Of a stretch of DNA of 64,000 nucleotides, positions 18,898-24,690 are shown in pieces (the first letter of the stretch is position 1; each line of letters starts with the position of its first letter). A model generated the notes under the pieces. It ran no database searches, was not told where the DNA came from, and was given only the letters and a program-made list of their open reading frames with translations. The translations under genes were made by a program, and so were the position numbers. The stretch comes from Bacteroidota bacterium (GTDB lineage Bacteria > Bacteroidota > Bacteroidia > Bacteroidales > WCHB1-69): positions 14,544 to 78,543 of the forward strand of contig JAKIZI010000003.1 in NCBI GenBank assembly GCA_022708105.1, read 5' to 3'.

Positions 18898-19543
18898 GAA
18901 GATAGTGATTAAAGGAGATAATGGAGAATCTATAACGTATACCGCTAATATGGAGTATGAGGGTGATGATAAATTTATTAGTAAAAAAGTTGCAAACTAT
19001 AATAAAATTTATGCTTCTAAGGCAGGAGCAAAACTTCTTGACAGACTTATAGGTTCAAAGAAAACTTATACAATGGATAATAAGAGAGGAAAAACAGATG
19101 AGCCTCATGCACATTCGAGTGGAGTTCATTATAATGGCTATAATGAAATAAATTATGATATGCACGAGCTATTTCATAATTATCAGTATGATATGAATCA
19201 AGGAGGAGCTAGTATTGAAAATGAGGTAGAAGCATATCTGTTTGAGTCAATAGTTTGTAAAGAATTAGAATTACCTGGCGGGGCATTGTTAGGAATGGTT
19301 ACCCCTAAAAAAGATCCAAATTCAAAATCTTTTAATGAGATAAAAGACTCTTCTTTGGGTTTCTTGCTATGCACAGAAATGACAGAAGATGACTTCAATA
19401 AGAATTTTGATAATGTAGTAAAAGGTTTTAAATCTTATTCTGCAGTGAATAGAACGGGGATATACAATAAGTATCCTATTTCTTTACCTGGACGTAAAAA
19501 AAACTTAGTTAAAGATTTTTATCCAATCAAAAGCCATAAATAA
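18647..19543 (+). CDS. Rhs repeat-associated core fragment fused to an HExxH (zincin-like) C-terminal toxin domain; no Rhs shell
   Basis: Core motif YTFSGKERDNETGYSYFGARYYNSDISIWLSVDPLSDKYP...YCANNPIILVDPDGR. The C-terminal domain contains HELFH (19163-19177) with Glu residues about 18 aa downstream. ATG 18647 is preferred over the TTG at 18617. Confidence 0.75.
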   Translation: MKKQPTVEARSNQALRNTPENSRYTFSGKERDNETGYSYFGARYYNSDISIWLSVDPLSDKYPNLTPYAYCANNPIILVDPDGRKIVIKGDNGESITYTANMEYEGDDKFISKKVANYNKIYASKAGAKLLDRLIGSKKTYTMDNKRGKTDEPHAHSSGVHYNGYNEINYDMHELFHNYQYDMNQGGASIENEVEAYLFESIVCKELELPGGALLGMVTPKKDPNSKSFNEIKDSSLGFLLCTEMTEDDFNKNFDNVVKGFKSYSAVNRTGIYNKYPISLPGRKKNLVKDFYPIKSHK

Positions 19544-20010
19544 TGATGAAAAAATTACTTACAACCGTTTGTTTATTATTGATAATAAACATGACCTATA
19601 CTCAATCTGAGAGACTTAGAGATACATTCTATTACATTAGGCCTAATAGTTGTGGCTATTATTATACCTTCTCTGAAGATACATTATATACTAATCTGAT
19701 TGACAAAAAGATAAAAGCAGTAATACAAGTTGATTTGTATTACAAAAAAAAAACAGATGTATTGCTGAAAACAAAAGCGGAAATTTTGAAAATTTTTGAT
19801 TATGAGACAAATAAAATTCTTTATGATTTTATTTGGGAAACAGCAAAAGATACCTCGGAATATGCTAATCTTATACCTTTTCTGGATGAATATTCATATA
19901 AAAGAATGAGTCAAGCAACTATTATTAGAAAGCAAAAAAGAAGAAAAGAGTGTTCAATCCTCCCATCATACATTATTGTTCAAATTTTTCCATTGCATAA
20001 ATTACCATAG
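19543..20010 (+). CDS. candidate cognate immunity protein 1 (secreted)
   Basis: 155 aa. Start overlaps the toxin stop (TAATG). Signal peptide MMKKLLTTVCLLLIINMTYTQS. Function is inferred from position only. Confidence 0.5.
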   Translation: MMKKLLTTVCLLLIINMTYTQSERLRDTFYYIRPNSCGYYYTFSEDTLYTNLIDKKIKAVIQVDLYYKKKTDVLLKTKAEILKIFDYETNKILYDFIWETAKDTSEYANLIPFLDEYSYKRMSQATIIRKQKRRKECSILPSYIIVQIFPLHKLP

Positions 20011-20174
20011 ATTGTCTCGTCCTAAAATAGGTTTACACAAAACGCCCCAAATTATGGAAGAAAAAAGTGAATTTATTTTAGGATTTGTGCTAACAAGCAT
20101 CTATTGTTATAATGACCCCCTATTTTAGGATAACAAATAAAGAAAACTATCAACAAATAAAAATAGTCGCTTCC

Positions 20175-20613
20175 ATTTTTAACAAAAATCCCCTATATTT
20201 GTCCCCAATAACCCTCATATCCTCCAATGCAAAAACAAGCAACCATAGAAGCAAGAAGCACCCCAATTTTTCGGAACACCCCCGAACCCCTCCGCTACTT
20301 CTACCACCCCGACCATATAGGTTCTACTTCGTGGGTAACGGACAGTGCGAAGAACGGGATACAGTATTGCGAATATTTACCGTATGGCGAACCTTTCCTC
20401 GACCAGCGGAGTACCACGTGGAACAGCCGCTACACCTTCAGCGGCAAGGAACGGGATAACGAAACGGGCTACTCTTATTTCGGAGCGAGGTACTACAACT
20501 CGGATTTGAGCATTTGGCTGAGTGTTGACCCTTTGAGCGACAAGTCCCCTGGGTGGTCTCCATACAATTATTGTTATAATAATCCTATTAGAATTACTGA
20601 TCCGGATGGGCGG
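20175..20613 (+). repeat. cassette leader copy 2 (most complete Rhs-core fragment)
   Basis: Same non-coding segment and core as the other copies. Contains RYFYHPDHIGSTSWVTDSAKNGIQYCEYLPYGEPFLDQRSTTWNSRYTFSGKERD. Confidence 0.85.
20194..20201 (+). promoter_or_regulatory. -7 box TATATTTG in leader copy 2
   Basis: 26 nt upstream of ATG 20227. An in-frame TAA at 20209-20211 shows the ORF does not continue upstream. Confidence 0.5.
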
Positions 20614-21270
20614 GAAGGAGAAGATAATTTAGATTGGATTAAAAATATAAAAACAGGACAATACGAATGGAATGATAATGTTACTTCCGCTGAAAATACT
20701 CCCGTAGGATATAAATACATTGGTAAGAATGATAACGATATTTTAACAGATTTAAATCTTGACTCTCGCAATCAAAATCAGAGTGTGAAAAGATTTGCCG
20801 GTGGCTTTGCTGGTGATCATACTACAGGTAAAGCTGCTCCCATGTATGCAAAATCGGAAGTGACAGGGACATTGAATGTTTCAGCAGTTGTGTCTTATAA
20901 TCCTGAAAATAGAACGTCAACCAATGCAGCTGGAAAAACTTTTGAAGGGGTGAAGTTTGAGGCCTATTTGATAGCTCTAAATATGGGGACAAATGATGAT
21001 GCAAAATTGAATTATAAAGGAGCATTAGGAATAACTGTTGATGGGAAAACAACATATAGCCCGCTTAGAGCACCTACATCTTCATACTGTATTCCTGCAG
21101 GTTCAACTATCAGCTCTGCTTCTGTTATGTATCCGGCTAGTTCTATCACTTCAGGGATGAATTTTCAGACGGCAACTATTTCAACAGGAGCTCCAAATCC
21201 TAATTTACAATTTAATGCTCGTCCTATAAAAATAAATTTTAATCTAATGAAATATTCTCTTATAAAATAA
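20227..21270 (+). CDS. Rhs repeat-associated core fragment fused to a C-terminal domain of unknown type
   Basis: 347 aa. Core ends at NNPIRITDPDGRE. The ~215-aa C-terminal part is Ser/Thr/Asn/Gly-rich and has no catalytic motif I recognise. Confidence 0.7.
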   Translation: MQKQATIEARSTPIFRNTPEPLRYFYHPDHIGSTSWVTDSAKNGIQYCEYLPYGEPFLDQRSTTWNSRYTFSGKERDNETGYSYFGARYYNSDLSIWLSVDPLSDKSPGWSPYNYCYNNPIRITDPDGREGEDNLDWIKNIKTGQYEWNDNVTSAENTPVGYKYIGKNDNDILTDLNLDSRNQNQSVKRFAGGFAGDHTTGKAAPMYAKSEVTGTLNVSAVVSYNPENRTSTNAAGKTFEGVKFEAYLIALNMGTNDDAKLNYKGALGITVDGKTTYSPLRAPTSSYCIPAGSTISSASVMYPASSITSGMNFQTATISTGAPNPNLQFNARPIKINFNLMKYSLIK

Positions 21271-21275
21271 ATATA

Positions 21276-21935
21276 ATGAAAAACTATTTAATTATTATGT
21301 TTTGTATTTTGCTATTTTATAGTTCTTCTGCACAAGAGGATGCCTTTTGTGAGCAGTATAATACTATGAGCTCCGAATTAATTTTTGAATTTCAGATGTA
21401 TGGAGATACTGCTAAACTTGATTCAGCTCTATATTATATAGAAATTGCGATTCCCAAATGTCCCAAATATGAAGTATTACTAATAACACGCAAACTTGGC
21501 GTTTTATCTGTTAAGCATGATTATGATGCAGGAATAGCCTATATTCCTTCTATTAGCGATTCATTATTGGATTTTTATCCTTATTACAAGACAATCCTTT
21601 TGAAAAGGTTTTATGCTATGAAAAGTTTGTATGAAGGGGACTCTATTCAACGAGATCAATACGTATATTTTATTATAGAAGATATAGCTCCTTTTATTAT
21701 TGCGAACCAAAGCAGAATAGATACATTGTGTAAAAATGATAATATATCATTTATTTTACAGAATACATTATCTTTTGCATTAAGTCAATATTATTATTAC
21801 AGATCAATTATTGAAGATAAGACAACAATATTGAATGAAATGAAGTTATTGAAACAAAAAGGATATAATGCTGAATATATAGAATTGATAGAAGCAATAT
21901 GTGAAGAAGATTTTTTAATTTTTCAGTTATTTTAA
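21276..21935 (+). CDS. candidate cognate immunity protein 2 (secreted)
   Basis: 219 aa, 5 nt after the toxin stop. Signal peptide MKNYLIIMFCILLFYSSSAQ. Helical, repeat-like composition. Confidence 0.5.
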   Translation: MKNYLIIMFCILLFYSSSAQEDAFCEQYNTMSSELIFEFQMYGDTAKLDSALYYIEIAIPKCPKYEVLLITRKLGVLSVKHDYDAGIAYIPSISDSLLDFYPYYKTILLKRFYAMKSLYEGDSIQRDQYVYFIIEDIAPFIIANQSRIDTLCKNDNISFILQNTLSFALSQYYYYRSIIEDKTTILNEMKLLKQKGYNAEYIELIEAICEEDFLIFQLF

Positions 21936-22086
21936 ATCATTCACGGGGACATTTTCCTTGCAAAGTATAATAGTTCCTCAAAATAGGACAACAAAATAAA
22001 CATTTTAACCAACCACAGAATCCAACAAAATATGAAATAAAAAGTTTATCTAATAAACCGATTTATTAATTTAATATTAAAGCATT

Positions 22087-22467
22087 ATGTCAGTTAAGTA
22101 TGTAGTAACAGCGAAAGGGAACCCAAGTAATCCCGAAGCACCCAAGAAGTTTTATGCACAATGCAAAAGTGTAGGCGAAATCACGTTAAAGGCATTGGGC
22201 AAAGAAATCTCACAACGCAGCACGGTAAATACAGCCGATACGCTGGCGGTTTTGGAATCGTTAACACAGTTAATGTCAGAGCGTTTGGCAGAAGGCCAAA
22301 TTGTACGCTTCGGCGATTTTGGTTCTTTCCAAATCAGCGTAAGCAGCGAGGGTGCCGAAACAGCAGATAAGTTTCATTCAGGTATGATAAAGAGCAAAAA
22401 AATCACATTCCGTCCGGGAATTGATTTGCGGGAAATGCTCAATAATTTACGATTTGAGAGGATGTAA
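22087..22467 (+). CDS. HU-family (Bacteroidales-type) DNA-binding protein
   Basis: 126 aa. N-terminal KYVVTAKGNPSNPEAPKKFYAQ and the GQIVRFGDFGSFQISV beta-arm region are typical of the ~125-aa HU-like proteins found in Bacteroidales variable regions. Confidence 0.7.
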   Translation: MSVKYVVTAKGNPSNPEAPKKFYAQCKSVGEITLKALGKEISQRSTVNTADTLAVLESLTQLMSERLAEGQIVRFGDFGSFQISVSSEGAETADKFHSGMIKSKKITFRPGIDLREMLNNLRFERM

Positions 22468-22480
22468 AATAGGGGTTATA

Positions 22481-22568
22481 AAAACGTTTAGACGATTTGT
22501 TGAAAACGTTTAGACGATTTGTTGAAAACGTTTAGACGATTTGCTGAAAACGTTTAGACGATTTAGTG
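22481..22568. repeat. four tandem 22-bp repeats AAAACGTTTAGACGATTTGYTG (iteron-like)
   Basis: Copies at 22481, 22503, 22525 and 22547. Each contains the palindrome AAACGTTT. A related sequence, TTTACGATTTGAG, forms the last codons of the HU gene. Confidence 0.95.
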
Positions 22569-22679
22569 GTTTTCTGAAATCCTTTATTCTCAAAGGGTTG
22601 CAAAGGTAAAAAAAAGAGAAAAACAGAGAACCGAAAAAGAAGGAGTTTGTCCGTTTTTCTGCGTGATGTGAAGCCTGCA

Positions 22680-23226
22680 CACCCAAAAAATATTCAAAAA
22701 AATATGTTCACATAACCAAAAAAACTTATATTTGTCTCCAAAATTCCCTCATATCCTTCAATGAAACAACAAGCAACAGTCAAAAAGAGAAGCAACCCCA
22801 TTTCCATGAACACCGCCGAAACCCTCCGCTACTTCTACCACCCCGACCATATAGGTTCGACTTCGTGGGTAACGGACAGTGCGAAGAACGGAATACAGTA
22901 TTGCGAATATCTTCCAGCTAAAAAGCTTCGCTTTTTTTCCTCCTTGGCGTTCGGTAATGAAAAACAGGTTTTTCATCACGCTCACTGCCTGCGTCGGTTC
23001 GGCGAACCTTTCTTAGACCAGCGGAGCACCACGTGGAACAGCCGCTACACCTTCAGCGGCAAGGAACGGGATGGCGAAACGGGCTACTCTTACTTTGGCG
23101 CACGCTACTACAACTCGGATATAAGCATCTGGCTATCTGTTGACCCTTTGAGCGACAAATACCCGAATCAATCGAATTATGTATATTGTAGCAATAACCC
23201 AATAATGAGGATTGACCCGAATGGTG
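22680..23226 (+). repeat. cassette leader copy 3 (with an internal 85-bp insertion)
   Basis: The upstream CACCCAAAAAATATTCAAAAAAATAT segment is shared with copy 1. Rhs-core sequence is shared with copy 2 except for 22916-23000. Confidence 0.85.
22727..22734 (+). promoter_or_regulatory. -7 box TATATTTG in leader copy 3
   Basis: 27 nt upstream of ATG 22761. Confidence 0.5.
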
Positions 23227-23801
23227 AGGATGATTATTTTAATGAAAATGGGGTGTATTTAGGATCAGATTTTTCTAAAACAGACTTTGTGAGAGTCATG
23301 TCTCAAGAAAATTGGGATAATACAAAAATGATCTTTAATGAAAATTCAGAAGATGAATTTGAAACCATTAATCAAGATTTAGGAATTTTATTTTCTAATG
23401 TTGTTTCAGAATCAAATATATCTGATGAGGTAGCATTGAAAATTTATGGACACTATAATACAACAGATTGTAAATTACAAGCTATGAACAAGGCTGAAGA
23501 TAATGGAGAAAGCGGTGGAATGAGAATTAATGCAACTGGTAATACACCCACTCATATAGAAATAAAAATAGAAGGGAATAAAAGAACCAAAGTATCAGAT
23601 CATTTTAATGAAATAGTAAACATGTTTTCACATGAAGAACAGCATGAAAAAGATATTAAATCAGGTAACATAGGTAACGAAAATAAAACAGAAGAAAGAG
23701 CTATAAATGCTCAAAAAGAACATTCTTCTTTTTCTAAGACACGTCCTGAATATCAAAAAGGGGTTAAAAAGTATGGAATAAAATATGGCCTAAACTTTTA
23801 A
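22761..23801 (+). CDS. Rhs repeat-associated core fragment (interrupted by an in-frame 27-codon net insertion) fused to an HExxH-containing C-terminal domain
   Basis: 346 aa. Core ends at NNPIMRIDPNGED. The C-terminal domain contains HEEQH (23631-23645). Confidence 0.7.
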   Translation: MKQQATVKKRSNPISMNTAETLRYFYHPDHIGSTSWVTDSAKNGIQYCEYLPAKKLRFFSSLAFGNEKQVFHHAHCLRRFGEPFLDQRSTTWNSRYTFSGKERDGETGYSYFGARYYNSDISIWLSVDPLSDKYPNQSNYVYCSNNPIMRIDPNGEDDYFNENGVYLGSDFSKTDFVRVMSQENWDNTKMIFNENSEDEFETINQDLGILFSNVVSESNISDEVALKIYGHYNTTDCKLQAMNKAEDNGESGGMRINATGNTPTHIEIKIEGNKRTKVSDHFNEIVNMFSHEEQHEKDIKSGNIGNENKTEERAINAQKEHSSFSKTRPEYQKGVKKYGIKYGLNF

Positions 23802-23810
23802 AATTATCTA

Positions 23811-24413
23811 ATGAAAAAAATTCTTTTAACTGTTTTTGTCTTATTTATTGGACTTAGAACGTTCGCTCAACTGAAAATAGAGATAGATACTTTAGTAATA
23901 AGTAATATATCATGTATTTTGGCTAAAGATTTTTCTAAAAGACATTTTGACTCTTTTTTAGACACAGGCCCCGATGGTAAATTCTACATTTCAATCACCA
24001 ATGAGAGTAATACATTTCAATTAATAGAATATAGAGAATGGGAATTTGGATATATTTTTTGTTATGATAATAAGTTTTATACTTTTCAATTTATTTCTTT
24101 GATAGATCCATTCACAAGAGTACTTTTAAAGCCTCAAGAAAAATTTTCTTTTAGTTTTTACTGTGAAATATTATTGTGTTCTGATTTTTTTAAAAATAAT
24201 GATACAAATTTTTCAAATGAAATGATAGAGATAATCCCTACTATAAGGGTTTATGGCATTTCAAAGAATAAAAATTTGTTTTTTTCAAATATCTTTAGAA
24301 ATCTTAGGATTAATAAAAAACCCAATACGGATGAGTATCAAGACAATTTAAATACAAAAAGATTTCTGAGAAAATTATCAAAAAAAATGGGAAAAAACAT
24401 TTTTTACTTTTAA
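23811..24413 (+). CDS. candidate cognate immunity protein 3 (secreted)
   Basis: 200 aa, 9 nt after the toxin stop. Signal peptide MKKILLTVFVLFIGLRTFAQ. Confidence 0.5.
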   Translation: MKKILLTVFVLFIGLRTFAQLKIEIDTLVISNISCILAKDFSKRHFDSFLDTGPDGKFYISITNESNTFQLIEYREWEFGYIFCYDNKFYTFQFISLIDPFTRVLLKPQEKFSFSFYCEILLCSDFFKNNDTNFSNEMIEIIPTIRVYGISKNKNLFFSNIFRNLRINKKPNTDEYQDNLNTKRFLRKLSKKMGKNIFYF

Positions 24414-24425
24414 CAAAAAACCTCC

Positions 24426-24433
24426 TATATTTG
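24426..24433 (+). promoter_or_regulatory. -7 box TATATTTG in leader copy 4
   Basis: 24 nt upstream of ATG 24457. Confidence 0.4.
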
Positions 24434-24456
24434 TCCCCAATAACCCCATGCTCCCA

Positions 24457-24670
24457 ATGCAAAAACAACCATCCATCGAAGAGAGAAGCACCCCAATTTT
24501 TCGGAACACCCCCGAAAAGCTCCGCTACTTCTACCACCCCGACCATATAGGTTCTACTTCGTGGGTAACGGACAGTGCGAAGAACGGGATACTCTTACTT
24601 CGGCGCACGCTACTACAACTCGGATATAAGCATTTGGCTGAGTGTTGACCCTTTGAGCGACAATTATTGA
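24457..24670 (+). pseudogene. terminal Rhs-core stub (leader copy 4) with internal deletion and frameshift; no toxin domain
   Basis: MQKQPSIEERSTPIFRNTPEKLRYFYHPDHIGSTSWVTDSAKNGI, after which the frame is lost. The shifted frame reads YSYFGARYYNSDISIWLSVDPLSDNY-stop (TGA 24668-24670). Confidence 0.8.
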
Positions 24671-24690
24671 AGTTTCTCTGATGTAATTGG

